Shown here in pieces: positions 8,623 to 17,906 of a stretch of DNA of 50,244 bases; position 1 is the stretch's first letter; each line of letters starts with the position of its first letter. The DNA comes from a virus (Duplodnaviria; Caudoviricetes): positions 1 through 50,244 of the IMG/VR virus record IMGVR_UViG_3300032212_000015. One strand, written 5' to 3'. Position numbers and translations under genes: made by a program. The notes beneath the pieces are model-generated. The model did no database searches, was not told the origin of the DNA, and saw nothing but the letters and a program-made list of their open reading frames with translations.

Positions 8623-10067
8623 TACTCGCCCCTCATCAGGTCGTTATAAGCCTCTTTTCTCCACTTCTCGAAAGTGGAATTTAAGCTTTTTGTGCTCAAT
8701 ACGTCTTTAATATGGCTGCTAGCATAATTTATAAACGATGTCGGCTCTCTATTAAGCTTTGAAGCAACTTTCGTTAAGTGTCTATCGTAGAAATCAGGCA
8801 TCCAGCTTTGGAAATCTTCAGGCTTTTTTCTGTTTTTCTCTATGCTTATGGCCTTAATTTCTTGCTCAATAAAGTTTTCTATTTCGCTGTCTTTTTCATT
8901 TACACCCATATTTAATGGGATCAAAAATTCGTCCAACCCCTCTTCTGGATTTAAGTCTTCCCATTCTCGAACTTCGTTTCTTTTTAGCCAGCCGTCGTTG
9001 ATACCTTTACCATAAGCCTCGTATCTTGAAGCAGTGTCACCCCTTAAGAGTCCTTCAACATTATGCTTAATAAAATATTTTCTACGTTCTTTAGGAGTTA
9101 AGAGATCACGATTTATTGATTGCTCGATCCTTACTAGCCAAGGTCGAATCGTATGGACAACAAACTCAATTGATTGATGTTCAATATTAGAGAATGTCGC
9201 TTTATCAAGTTCAGAGAGCATATGCAAAGGTACTCGATACCATCTTGAGATTTCTGATATCTGGAATTTTCTTGACTCTAGAAATTGTGCATCTTCAGAA
9301 GTCATCCCGACAGTTTTATAAGATGCCCCACCTTCAAGTATTAGCGTCTTATGGGCGTTCTCAACACCGCCATGCTTGCCATCAAACTCTTTACGAAGTC
9401 TGTCGTATGCGTCTTCAGATAACGTTCCTGGCATTTCTAAAACCGATGGTACTTGCGCGCCATTTGAAAATAATTTAGCGCCATGCATCTCAGTAGCTAA
9501 AGAAAGACCTATAGACTCTCTCGCTAATGAAATCGGCGAAAGACCTGTAACCCCATTAGACGCTAGTCCTGACGTTCTCCATATCTCATCTTGAGAAAAT
9601 ACCCTAGCCGCTCCTAGCTCTTGATAATCAAAAACCAACTTCCCCGCCTGAGTTTTATCGATATTTGTATGCTGAGTGTAAAGCGGAATTATTTCTACGA
9701 CTTCGCCTCGACCATTCCTTATTGTTTGCGAATATTGATTACCCCTAAGGCCAAGGTTAACCATTTGAAATTCGCGCATTTCGTAGGCTGTTTGTATTCC
9801 ATTCGGGATATCATGCAAAACAGACTGCAAAGGATGATTTAATGCTTTTTGCGTTCTATTTCCATTTCTTTCGTATACGTTTAACGGAAGGCTCGCAATG
9901 GTTTCAGCTAATATCCTTACGCAACCATAAACAGCAGATACTTGAAGCGCTGTGTCTGGTGTTACAGAAACGCCAGAACTAACATTATTTGTACCTAAAG
10001 TCTGTCTCCACCACTCAGGCTCTTTAAGTAATGAATTAATTATCTTCTTTTTAACCCATTTAATCAC
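8622..10067 (-). CDS. portal protein, HK97 family
   Basis: ALQVSAVYGCV..IASLPL, GLSPI, DAQFLESRKF, NEVREWEDL. Confidence 0.95.
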   Translation of the reverse strand: MIKWVKKKIINSLLKEPEWWRQTLGTNNVSSGVSVTPDTALQVSAVYGCVRILAETIASLPLNVYERNGNRTQKALNHPLQSVLHDIPNGIQTAYEMREFQMVNLGLRGNQYSQTIRNGRGEVVEIIPLYTQHTNIDKTQAGKLVFDYQELGAARVFSQDEIWRTSGLASNGVTGLSPISLARESIGLSLATEMHGAKLFSNGAQVPSVLEMPGTLSEDAYDRLRKEFDGKHGGVENAHKTLILEGGASYKTVGMTSEDAQFLESRKFQISEISRWYRVPLHMLSELDKATFSNIEHQSIEFVVHTIRPWLVRIEQSINRDLLTPKERRKYFIKHNVEGLLRGDTASRYEAYGKGINDGWLKRNEVREWEDLNPEEGLDEFLIPLNMGVNEKDSEIENFIEQEIKAISIEKNRKKPEDFQSWMPDFYDRHLTKVASKLNREPTSFINYASSHIKDVLSTKSLNSTFEKWRKEAYNDLMRGE

Positions 10068-11722
10068 AATACCCTTAAGCCTCTTGTTTCATACGGTGAT
10101 CCTTCCGCTTCCTTATTTAATAACGCAACGCCTAGCGCCATTATCGTCGAAACAACACCGTCAATTTTTGCCGTTTTACGCTCTTTATTGGGGAAGATAT
10201 TTTCTTTTTTATCTTCCTTCGCTACGACATTTGAGAACATCCATAAAAGTACCGGATCAAACTCGAATAATACTTCTTTCTTCAAAATAAGCGCTTCCAA
10301 TTCTTTCATCGGCTCTGAGAAGTTCTTTACTGTTTGCCCGTATTCGATCATTGGAAAGCCTTGCTCAGACATACGTGTAGAAAATTGAGTGGCCTGGAAT
10401 GGATCGTAGGGAATATAAGAAATTTCAAAGTCAGACTTTAATTCGTCTAAGTCTTCTTCTATTTGCCCATAGTCAAGGACATTCCCAGGTGTTGAGGTTA
10501 TCCAGCCTGAAGAGTGCCATGCTTTATATCGAGTGTTCCCACCTTCTAAAATGGTTTCTTCTGGTAGATAATGCCTAACAAATACAGCCCATTCTTTTTG
10601 CTTTTGTGGTGGGAATAGGATTGTCATCGAAGCAATGTCTATCTTGCTTGCTAAATCGATTCCTATGTAACATTTCTGGCCGTTGAAATCGTCCAGACTT
10701 AATTTTTTACGCCTGCAAGCTTGAAAAGCTAGCATGTTCATCCATGCCGACTTAGCACCAACCCATAAGTTAAGGTGTTTTGTTTTAAATGACGCTTGTT
10801 TTGTTGGTGATCGTCTAGCTTTTGCTAATTCACCTTGAAGGAATTCTTCATCAACACTAATTCCGAAATTAGGATTTGCCTTTATTAGTGAGTCGATATC
10901 GTCCCATCGGTCGTCTTCATCGATAGTGAATATGATCCCAAAAATAGAATCATCCTTTATTGAACCATCAAGTATTTTTGTAATCTCTGCGCGTTTTTCA
11001 TAACAAGGGCCACCCATATCTGAACCGGCGGTTGTTATGTATAGCATCATGGGATTCTCACGCGCTCCCATGCCAGTTACTACGGTGTCTACTTGATCTG
11101 AGTCTTTATGTTCGTGAAACTCATCTGCAATGCCACATGAAGGGCTTGCACCGTCGCCAGGATCACCAATCAAAGGCTCGAATCTTGACCCGTTGCTCTC
11201 TACAGTTAATGATTTTGCGTTAACCGTTAAGCCAAACTTCTCGCGTATAGCAGGAACTCTTTCACAAACTTGCTTTGCTGGCCTAAATACTTCCCACGCT
11301 TGCTTTTCTGTTGTTGCACCACAATAAACTTCAGCGCCAAATTCATCATCAATAATAAGATGACCTAGACCTAATCCTGAAATCCAAAAGGATTTACCGT
11401 TTTTTCGCGGTATTTCTATGTAACATTCACGAAACCGGCGTCGCCCGTTCTGTTTTTTCCACCCATAAATATTAACAGTGCAAAATATCTGATAGGACGA
11501 AAGCTTTAACTTCTCTTTTTTTCGCGCCCACTTACCTTTTACATGCGGTAATTTTTCTAAGAACTTGCACCACTTTTCAGCAGTGTCGATATCAAGATAA
11601 ATATCTTTTCTTTCAAGGTCGTCTATAAACCTTTGACATGCTTGTTTGACATATTTACAAGCAGGCGTTTCCCCAGAAAGCACATTGTCTGCGTATTCTG
11701 CGGCTATCGTTACATAACGCAT
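10064..11722 (-). CDS. terL: terminase large subunit (Terminase_1 type), module A
   Basis: Walker A IPRKNGKS, Walker B IADEFHEH, coupling motif YITTAG, nuclease GIDLA and KIDG. Confidence 0.96.
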   Translation of the reverse strand: MRYVTIAAEYADNVLSGETPACKYVKQACQRFIDDLERKDIYLDIDTAEKWCKFLEKLPHVKGKWARKKEKLKLSSYQIFCTVNIYGWKKQNGRRRFRECYIEIPRKNGKSFWISGLGLGHLIIDDEFGAEVYCGATTEKQAWEVFRPAKQVCERVPAIREKFGLTVNAKSLTVESNGSRFEPLIGDPGDGASPSCGIADEFHEHKDSDQVDTVVTGMGARENPMMLYITTAGSDMGGPCYEKRAEITKILDGSIKDDSIFGIIFTIDEDDRWDDIDSLIKANPNFGISVDEEFLQGELAKARRSPTKQASFKTKHLNLWVGAKSAWMNMLAFQACRRKKLSLDDFNGQKCYIGIDLASKIDIASMTILFPPQKQKEWAVFVRHYLPEETILEGGNTRYKAWHSSGWITSTPGNVLDYGQIEEDLDELKSDFEISYIPYDPFQATQFSTRMSEQGFPMIEYGQTVKNFSEPMKELEALILKKEVLFEFDPVLLWMFSNVVAKEDKKENIFPNKERKTAKIDGVVSTIMALGVALLNKEAEGSPYETRGLRVL

Positions 11723-12096
11723 TAGAAGTCATCGAAATCGTTTTCTTTCGGCTTATCAATTGATAATTTTGCGCGATCACTTGGAGAAAGACCGAACTTC
11801 CCTAACTCCGCTGAAAGTCTTGTTAATCTTCCTACCGACATTCCTTCAAAATCTAATCTAAACTCTGTGAAAAGCTTCACCATAATTTCTACACTAAAAA
11901 CGTCGGCGTCTTTCAAAATTCCTGCGGGGATTTTTTCTACTATTTCGTGCCAGTGCTTCTTTTCTAATTCGTTTAAAGTTTCAGGCGGATCAACAGGAAA
12001 GTTTTTTGCTTCCGGCTCAACCCGTTTACGCTCTGGATGCGTCTTAAAAGCACCCCTTGCATCAAGAATACTAGTGGCCGTTCTTGGTCTGCCCAT
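11722..12096 (-). CDS. terS: terminase small subunit (P27-like), module A
   Basis: MGRPRT start and FGLSPSDRAKL motif; directly upstream of TerL. Confidence 0.88.
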   Translation of the reverse strand: MGRPRTATSILDARGAFKTHPERKRVEPEAKNFPVDPPETLNELEKKHWHEIVEKIPAGILKDADVFSVEIMVKLFTEFRLDFEGMSVGRLTRLSAELGKFGLSPSDRAKLSIDKPKENDFDDF

Positions 12097-12099
12097 TAT

Positions 12100-12190
12100 T
12101 TAACCTTTTTGATTTTTTGGAGTTGTAAAAAAGTGACGAGATAGGCGGTCGTCGCGCCATAACTGATAGAGATTTAGCCTCCCCTACCCC
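12100..12190 (-). other. putative cos region of module A
   Basis: Gap between HNH and terS with a G run, a GC-rich core (GGCGCGACGACCGCC) and a T tract. This is the usual cos position in HK97-like phages; the cut site is not determined. Confidence 0.55.
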
Positions 12191-12498
12191 TTACGACTAA
12201 CCTCACGACCAAATGACCCGTCATGTTTAGCCGTCTTTTTACTGTGGCAGCTCTTACATAAACTCCGTAAGTTATCGGGACTATTGTTATATGGATTACC
12301 GTCTATGTGATCAACCTCAGTTGCAGGCTTTAATGTATCTGTTTTCTTACAGTCTTCGCACAAAGGAGAGTTACTTAACTGAGCTGGCCTAATGCGATCT
12401 CGCCAAGCCCTCTTGTCATAAAACTTAGGCTTTCTTTTTGCTGTTATTTTATTTGCTTTACCTGTTATATCTGAAAGGATTGGTGGTCTACTTGGCAT
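12184..12498 (-). CDS. HNH endonuclease (terminase-associated, HK97 gp74-like)
   Basis: PLCEDC, ATEVDHID, NLRSLCKSCHSKKT. Confidence 0.93.
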   Translation of the reverse strand: MPSRPPILSDITGKANKITAKRKPKFYDKRAWRDRIRPAQLSNSPLCEDCKKTDTLKPATEVDHIDGNPYNNSPDNLRSLCKSCHSKKTAKHDGSFGREVSRKG

Positions 12499-12785
12499 TA
12501 GCTCTCTACAATTAGGAAAGTAACTGATCGATCCTTCTCTCTACCTGCCGTCGTAACAATGCTGCTAGTTACTTTGTACTCGCTTCCTACAATTCCACCG
12601 GATAACCAGACTGTTACAGAAGTACTAGAGTCAGTAATTGAATCACTATCTTTAGTTAAGCCAGATTCCACAGCTACAACGCTTGAGCTTATCGTGTCCG
12701 TCCCTAACCAATCAGACCAGTCAAACTTCCAATCATCTACGTCATCTTGATCTCTAGTGACTAGTAGACCCTCAACCCAATTCAT
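12498..12785 (-). CDS. putative virion fibre adaptor
   Basis: DWKFDWSDWL..DTISS, TVWLSGG..G..Y.VT..IVT.AGR motifs, recognised from phage virion proteins. Confidence 0.6.
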   Translation of the reverse strand: MNWVEGLLVTRDQDDVDDWKFDWSDWLGTDTISSSVVAVESGLTKDSDSITDSSTSVTVWLSGGIVGSEYKVTSSIVTTAGREKDRSVTFLIVES

Positions 12786-12786
12786 A

Positions 12787-13383
12787 TTAAGAGCTGCTTG
12801 CAGTACTTGTAACAGTTACGTTTAAAGTGTCACCGCTGCTTACAGACTTATCGCCGCCACTGAATGCACCTGCGCCAACTAATATCCCAGTGGTGCCGCT
12901 CTTCGTTGAATCCGTTCCAACAAATGCGCCGCCAACTGTTGCTGTCCCGTTTATCGAAAAAGCGGCCTTACTTGCAGAATTATCTACACTCTGACTAGCT
13001 ACCGTTCCCATATTTAATGTTTGTCTTACTGCTTCACTGTATGCTGTTACTTCAACCCACCCCACATGTGAACTCATAGTGTCAGCCGCCGCCACCGTAG
13101 GAGTCCCATCCGTTAAGCCTACATAATGCGCCGCTGTATAAGTAGAGCCTTTCCAAAACTTGTCTAAGACCTCATTAAGCCCAACATTAACCACAAGATT
13201 TTCTACCGTTTCAATCCATTTTAGATTATCATTTGAATCAAAACATTCAATCGTATAAATGTTCTTAACGCCTACTTGCTGTTGAAATATTCCGCCCCTG
13301 ATAAGTTCAGCTCCCATAGTCATGGCTGAATTGACATTTTGCAATAAACCCTTTTTTAAGGCCGCTATAAGTTTGTTTATCAT
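12787..13383 (-). CDS. putative virion fibre subunit
   Basis: NLVVNVGLN, YVGL, GDTLNVT; Ser/Thr/Gly-rich beta protein. The true start may be downstream. Confidence 0.6.
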   Translation of the reverse strand: MINKLIAALKKGLLQNVNSAMTMGAELIRGGIFQQQVGVKNIYTIECFDSNDNLKWIETVENLVVNVGLNEVLDKFWKGSTYTAAHYVGLTDGTPTVAAADTMSSHVGWVEVTAYSEAVRQTLNMGTVASQSVDNSASKAAFSINGTATVGGAFVGTDSTKSGTTGILVGAGAFSGGDKSVSSGDTLNVTVTSTASSS

Positions 13384-13391
13384 AATTTCAC

Positions 13392-14579
13392 CTAATGAAT
13401 TGTAAATGTTCGATCTTCAAATTTGATTGTGATTGTCCTGCTGTCAGGAGTAACAACAGCGACGATGATAGTTGAACCATCTTGTGTAATAGAGCTAATG
13501 CAATCGAGACTTAGCCCCACTTCGAATAAGGCTGCGGCAACAGTAGAAAGCGCCGCATCAACGGCCAGTGTCAACACGCCGTTATAATTTGCAACAAGGC
13601 TTTGTAATTGTGACGCTTGAACACCCAATCCAATATCACCGAGATAATCCGCCAAAACAGCGCTCGATAAAGTGTGAACTTGATTAAGGCTTACAGCGCC
13701 TTCAATTGTGATTGTTGACGCAAAGCTAACGCCTGACGCAATGGCAATACTTATACTTGCAGCGACATCCAACCCGCCATTAAGGCTAAACACATGATCT
13801 TGATTGAGAGTAATCGCCCCTTGGTAATCAACATTCACGTTATTACCAAGTGACTCGCTCGTCACTATGTTTAAGGTGCTTTCAAAATCCGCATTATTTG
13901 TTGCTGTAAATAGCGTGGTATTATTTAGTGAAATCGTTGCACTAAAAGTGACGTTACTTGCACTTGACAATGTTGCACTTGCTGCAAGAGTTGTCGAACC
14001 TTCGTGTGTTGTTGCACCGCCTGATAAAACACCCGCTTCAAAATCATTAATCCACTGGCCAGCAGCGCCAGTACTTCCAGCAGCAACAATGCCTTGCTTA
14101 GTTTCCGTTGAACTACCAACTGTAGCGGAGTCATCCGCCGTTCCAGGCCACGAAGGTGATGCGCCCGTACCACCTAAGTACAGTTCTACCGTGGTTCCAT
14201 TTACCTCGATCTTGCACCATTCATCATCAGCGCCTTGCAGCGATATAACATCAGTGCCAGTCCCCGAAACATATTCAGTTACTCGCCTGCCTGAAACCCC
14301 CGTTCCATGTGTTTTTACGCCAACAAAGTTAGAGGCATCGACTACACGAGTTGCTACATACGCCTCTTGATAGCTCGTATTAAACGCAAGAAAGCGTGCT
14401 TGCGTGTAGTTATCAGCGTCGGCTTGATCTGTACAGCGCCAATATTTTGCTGATCCAGCATTTATTCCTAGTGCATTCGTAGAAATACTAGCGCCTGACC
14501 CTGCATCATTATCAGACCAGCCGGTACGATCCTTTAATAAGTCACCGTTGGTGCCGGTAAAGTCGTCTGAAAAAGCCAT
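13392..14579 (-). CDS. putative fibre protein: N-terminal beta-sandwich plus nine 20-aa repeats
   Basis: FSDDF start and beta-rich N-half; strict 20-aa periodicity encoded by 13467..14006. Confidence 0.6.
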   Translation of the reverse strand: MAFSDDFTGTNGDLLKDRTGWSDNDAGSGASISTNALGINAGSAKYWRCTDQADADNYTQARFLAFNTSYQEAYVATRVVDASNFVGVKTHGTGVSGRRVTEYVSGTGTDVISLQGADDEWCKIEVNGTTVELYLGGTGASPSWPGTADDSATVGSSTETKQGIVAAGSTGAAGQWINDFEAGVLSGGATTHEGSTTLAASATLSSASNVTFSATISLNNTTLFTATNNADFESTLNIVTSESLGNNVNVDYQGAITLNQDHVFSLNGGLDVAASISIAIASGVSFASTITIEGAVSLNQVHTLSSAVLADYLGDIGLGVQASQLQSLVANYNGVLTLAVDAALSTVAAALFEVGLSLDCISSITQDGSTIIVAVVTPDSRTITIKFEDRTFTIH

Positions 14580-15026
14580 TTACGCAAGCTCAGAAGCAAT
14601 AACGCCTTGCATTTTCTGAACACAAAGATCATTAGGGCTAACAACCTGCAACATCTTAACTAAGCAGCCCTGCCATGTCTGTTCGGTGAAAACGCTCTCA
14701 TTAAATCCATGTGAATTCAAAGTCGCTTGCTGTTGATTTTTAACGCCATTAGGAATGTCATCGGTTAACGTATTACCGTCATAGGCTGAAAGCATATCCG
14801 TATTCTCAGCATTAACAATATTCTCAATCGCTGTGGTGCCGCCAACAATGGTAATCACCATTTGTTTTTTCGGGCGACCATTATTTGCGGGGTCACGTTC
14901 TGGCCAGCATAACCAAATAAAATCAATGTCGGCACTTGTTAAGTTCGCCTCTATCCAATCTAACGCAGGGTTTACGTTACGCCCTGGATTAGCTCGGTAA
15001 GTACTTATAAAAATCCTAACTGCCAT
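14580..15026 (-). CDS. hypothetical protein (fibre operon)
   Basis: 148-aa ORF directly abutting the next gene. Confidence 0.7.
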   Translation of the reverse strand: MAVRIFISTYRANPGRNVNPALDWIEANLTSADIDFIWLCWPERDPANNGRPKKQMVITIVGGTTAIENIVNAENTDMLSAYDGNTLTDDIPNGVKNQQQATLNSHGFNESVFTEQTWQGCLVKMLQVVSPNDLCVQKMQGVIASELA

Positions 15027-15151
15027 ATTAAAGCCCCATTACCCCATAATTAGTTGTATAAATCTGCGCATAAAACCAAGTGTAAAAAAGTAAAGTGGAA
15101 CACAACACGCGGCTAATAGTACAAACCCCAAAGCCGCATTAAGAATGTCTT

Positions 15152-15448
15152 TCATTTCATTTCCCACCAATCGCCACACAAATGCTTCGCAAATGGCAAA
15201 ATTCCATTTTTACGCTGAGCTAAAATTGGCAGTCCGTAATAGATGCGCAAACCGTCCAGCTTTCTAACTAACTCTTTAATTTGAAATACCGGCCTGGACA
15301 ATGTGCCATTCATCATTGTGATTTCTATAAATTCATCGTGGACAACTGCATTAAGAGACACGTCGTAAACATCGCCGTACTGCTGATCCGGTTTAAAAAC
15401 TCTAATTTCATAATGCGCACGACCATCAATACGCTTGACATGAATCAT
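15152..15448 (-). CDS. hypothetical protein, first gene of the late transcript
   Basis: GGGAGGG RBS; directly after the late terminator. Confidence 0.65.
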   Translation of the reverse strand: MIHVKRIDGRAHYEIRVFKPDQQYGDVYDVSLNAVVHDEFIEITMMNGTLSRPVFQIKELVRKLDGLRIYYGLPILAQRKNGILPFAKHLCGDWWEMK

Positions 15449-15475
15449 AAAGCCCTCCCGATCCGTGGAGGCAAT

Positions 15476-15505
15476 AAAAAACCCGCAAACCTTCCGGCGC
15501 GGGTT
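15476..15505 (-). terminator. tR'-like terminator
   Basis: AACCCGC...GCGGGTT stem followed by a T run on the minus strand, ~65 nt after the -10 box. Confidence 0.7.
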
Positions 15506-15569
15506 GAGAGTGAAATCCTTCGTAAAACTGTGTTAATAATCAGTACTGGGTATTATCACAGCTTATTAA

Positions 15570-15598
15570 TTTATAGCTTATTTAAGTAACCCTGTCAA
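15570..15598 (-). promoter_or_regulatory. late promoter (pR'-like)
   Basis: TTGACA-17 bp-TATAAA on the minus strand, downstream of Q and upstream of a terminator. Confidence 0.75.
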
Positions 15599-15974
15599 TA
15601 CCCATTTTATTATCATCGAATAAATGATCATACATGGCATCTTTTCCTTTATTATTCAATATTTCGATTACCTTTAAAACGTCATCATTAAGATAGAACC
15701 ATTCAAGGTGGCTCTTGTGTTTTTTTAACTTTATATGCAAGAATTTCTCATCTGCTGGCTCACCCCTAAACTTTGCCATGATATATAATTTTGTAGGGCT
15801 TCCTGTTATCATTGCCTTAATTCTTTTATCTATATCTATCGTATGACCTATCTTTACTTTTTTTGTTTCTAGTGACGCTATAAAGTAAACCCAAACGCTA
15901 AAATCATCTTTCGGGGATTTTGCTAACTTCAACTCTTTTAGTAAATGAATAGGTACTACCTGTAAATTACTCAA
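15582..15974 (-). CDS. GIY-YIG family (T5orf172/MUG113-like) protein
   Basis: VYFI, VKIGHT...RIK.M.TGSP, E..LH, EWF. Confidence 0.85.
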   Translation of the reverse strand: MSNLQVVPIHLLKELKLAKSPKDDFSVWVYFIASLETKKVKIGHTIDIDKRIKAMITGSPTKLYIMAKFRGEPADEKFLHIKLKKHKSHLEWFYLNDDVLKVIEILNNKGKDAMYDHLFDDNKMGIDRVT

Positions 15975-16516
15975 AGCTTAGTCCTTACATGGCTTGATAT
16001 CTTCTGCTCCCATCGAGAAATTATCGGGGTAATCTCGTTGTATTTACCTTGCCAGCTCTTAGCCCATGCTTGATGGCTTATTCCAACCATTTCGGCTTTA
16101 TCCGATTGATTCATTGCTTTTTTACCTGTTCCTGAGCAAACGATGCAGTCTTGAATCTCTGTGGTATTTATTATTTTATAACCTACCCCGCCACATGATT
16201 TGCATTCGATACTTGAGCAAGTGTCCTGAATGGCGACTTTAACCAAGCTGAATATCTTTTCAGGGTATTCCGTAACCCAGTCAGATAGAGCTTTTTTATT
16301 TGCGACCTCATAAACCAAAGAGCCTTCAAGCTGATTATATACAGTGCCATCTTGCGCGTATTTATATCTAGCTAAATAATAAGGCCCATCACTTAAACCA
16401 GCTAGGGCGTGAGCTACGTCCTGTGGTGTAAGTCCTTTACCGTCTGTGCTGCTTACCGAATGAGACAACGGTTTAACTCTGATATTTAATAACGCTAGCT
16501 TTTCAAGTTTACTCAT
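15971..16516 (-). CDS. late antitermination protein Q-like
   Basis: GLTPQDVAHAL, paired CxxCxGxG zinc motifs and a C-terminal HTH; position after the nin region. Confidence 0.8.
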   Translation of the reverse strand: MSKLEKLALLNIRVKPLSHSVSSTDGKGLTPQDVAHALAGLSDGPYYLARYKYAQDGTVYNQLEGSLVYEVANKKALSDWVTEYPEKIFSLVKVAIQDTCSSIECKSCGGVGYKIINTTEIQDCIVCSGTGKKAMNQSDKAEMVGISHQAWAKSWQGKYNEITPIISRWEQKISSHVRTKL

Positions 16517-16539
16517 ACGCCACCTTTTAAGGAGTCCGA

Positions 16540-16848
16540 TTAACCTTCAATAATCTTTAATGCTTCATCAACGCTTCGAGCTATTCCTGCCTTACCCCCA
16601 TTGTCATTGACTAAATTAACAAACCATATTTGCTCTTTAGTTGGTTGGCCTAATTCCGTCTTGACCTCGATAGCTAATAACCGACCATCGGATAACATGC
16701 CGGTTATATCACTTAAACCTGGAAAGCCTAGCGTCACCCATCGAGTATTTACCTTTACTTTTCCGCTAGTGTTTACATTAGCGAAAACAACTTTAGGATG
16801 ACGATAACAAAGGTCTAAAATGTTGTGCTGTATTTCAGACTCTTTCAC
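16540..16848 (-). CDS. VRR-NUC nuclease/resolvase
   Basis: ESEIQ, GLSDI, AIEVK, PTKEQ. Confidence 0.9.
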   Translation of the reverse strand: MKESEIQHNILDLCYRHPKVVFANVNTSGKVKVNTRWVTLGFPGLSDITGMLSDGRLLAIEVKTELGQPTKEQIWFVNLVNDNGGKAGIARSVDEALKIIEG

Positions 16849-17117
16849 AATACACCCTCCTGCCTCGCTTTAAGCAAAGTTCTAGATAACCACTCCCATT
16901 GATGCGGCCATAGATCAGGAGTTTCGTGAATCTCTCGATGACAACCAGCGCAAACCGGCATACATGCATCATCAGGTGCTTTTGTTCCCATACCACCCAT
17001 GTTCCCAACGCCGATTAAATGATGCGCGTGATCGGCCGGCGCTTGGCATCTGCAACAATCTAGCGAACGTACCCATGCTAGATATTTTCTACTTCTAAAG
17101 GTTTTTTGCTTAATCAT
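16845..17117 (-). CDS. HNH-like zinc protein (DUF968-like)
   Basis: YLAWVRSLDCCRC, AHH, GMGTK, PVCAGCH. Confidence 0.8.
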   Translation of the reverse strand: MIKQKTFRSRKYLAWVRSLDCCRCQAPADHAHHLIGVGNMGGMGTKAPDDACMPVCAGCHREIHETPDLWPHQWEWLSRTLLKARQEGVL

Positions 17118-17419
17118 CTATTTGATGGCCATTCAATATGAATTCCAAACTTCTCACTAATATGCCGATCTAACACCCTATAAACATCGCTAGGGTTTAC
17201 CGTGTCCAGTTCTGTTGTGCTTTCCTTATCCATCATGACTTTTTGAATTGGTCGCCATAAATGATTTTTAACACTCTCTGTTGTCCAAGGAATATCTATC
17301 TCAGGCTTAAGTACTTTCTTCATTTCCAAACCGGAATTATTCAGCTCTTCAGCTAGCATAGAAAAATATAAGTGCATGGATTTGTTTTGTTGACTGGTTC
17401 TCTTGCTTTCTTCAGTCAT
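17114..17419 (-). CDS. NinB-like protein
   Basis: RTSQQNKSMH and STTEL motifs. Confidence 0.7.
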   Translation of the reverse strand: MTEESKRTSQQNKSMHLYFSMLAEELNNSGLEMKKVLKPEIDIPWTTESVKNHLWRPIQKVMMDKESTTELDTVNPSDVYRVLDRHISEKFGIHIEWPSNR

Positions 17420-17636
17420 TAAACGCCTCTCTTCTCAATAATTCCGGTTTATCCACTCCAGGTTCCGGTTTGTAAAATTCACACTCCTCTACATTTCCAA
17501 ATTCTTTATGCTGATCTTGACCGCATCGATATTGCTGAGGGTTTAAGCTGTTGCAGCGAATATGCTCACAGCGTATGCAATCGTTAGTTTCTTCGAGCGT
17601 TAAGAATTTCAAAATATCAACTCTGCAATTTTCCAA
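17412..17636 (-). CDS. small Cys-rich hypothetical protein (start uncertain)
   Basis: CIRCEH..C..C..C pattern. Confidence 0.5.
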   Translation of the reverse strand: MENCRVDILKFLTLEETNDCIRCEHIRCNSLNPQQYRCGQDQHKEFGNVEECEFYKPEPGVDKPELLRREAFND

Positions 17637-17696
17637 AAACCCATAAACATCACTACTGAACCCGTTATTAAAAACATTAAAAATAATGCTATCTTT

Positions 17697-17906
17697 TTAT
17701 CTTCTCTTTCCATGACTACCTCCTATAATCGCGTTCTTTGCCTCTTCTGGCGTGTCGTACTCTCTGTGTGTTGGTTTAATGTGTCCTTTGTCTATCGTGT
17801 AGGTGGTGTAGTACGTTTCCACTCTAGTGACGATTCTACAAACCATGTGCTTATCAGTTTTTATGCAATCATTATTGTGTTTTATCCAGTTCAAGCAGCA
17901 CCCCAT
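17697..17906 (-). CDS. hypothetical protein (start uncertain)
   Basis: Co-oriented and overlapping the end of dnaB. Confidence 0.5.
   Translation of the reverse strand: MGCCLNWIKHNNDCIKTDKHMVCRIVTRVETYYTTYTIDKGHIKPTHREYDTPEEAKNAIIGGSHGKRR

Noticed and set aside
2304-12498. Module A as a gene transfer agent or phage satellite
   Set aside because: It has an HNH/cos-type packaging set and a full tail, and is contiguous with Q, replication, immunity and integrase genes, consistent with an autonomous temperate phage.
13867-14370. 167-aa plus-strand ORF and similar antisense ORFs (e.g. 6961..7263, 32239..32592, 40169..40573, 42637..43008)
   Set aside because: They lie wholly opposite well-supported structural genes and have no recognisable motifs.
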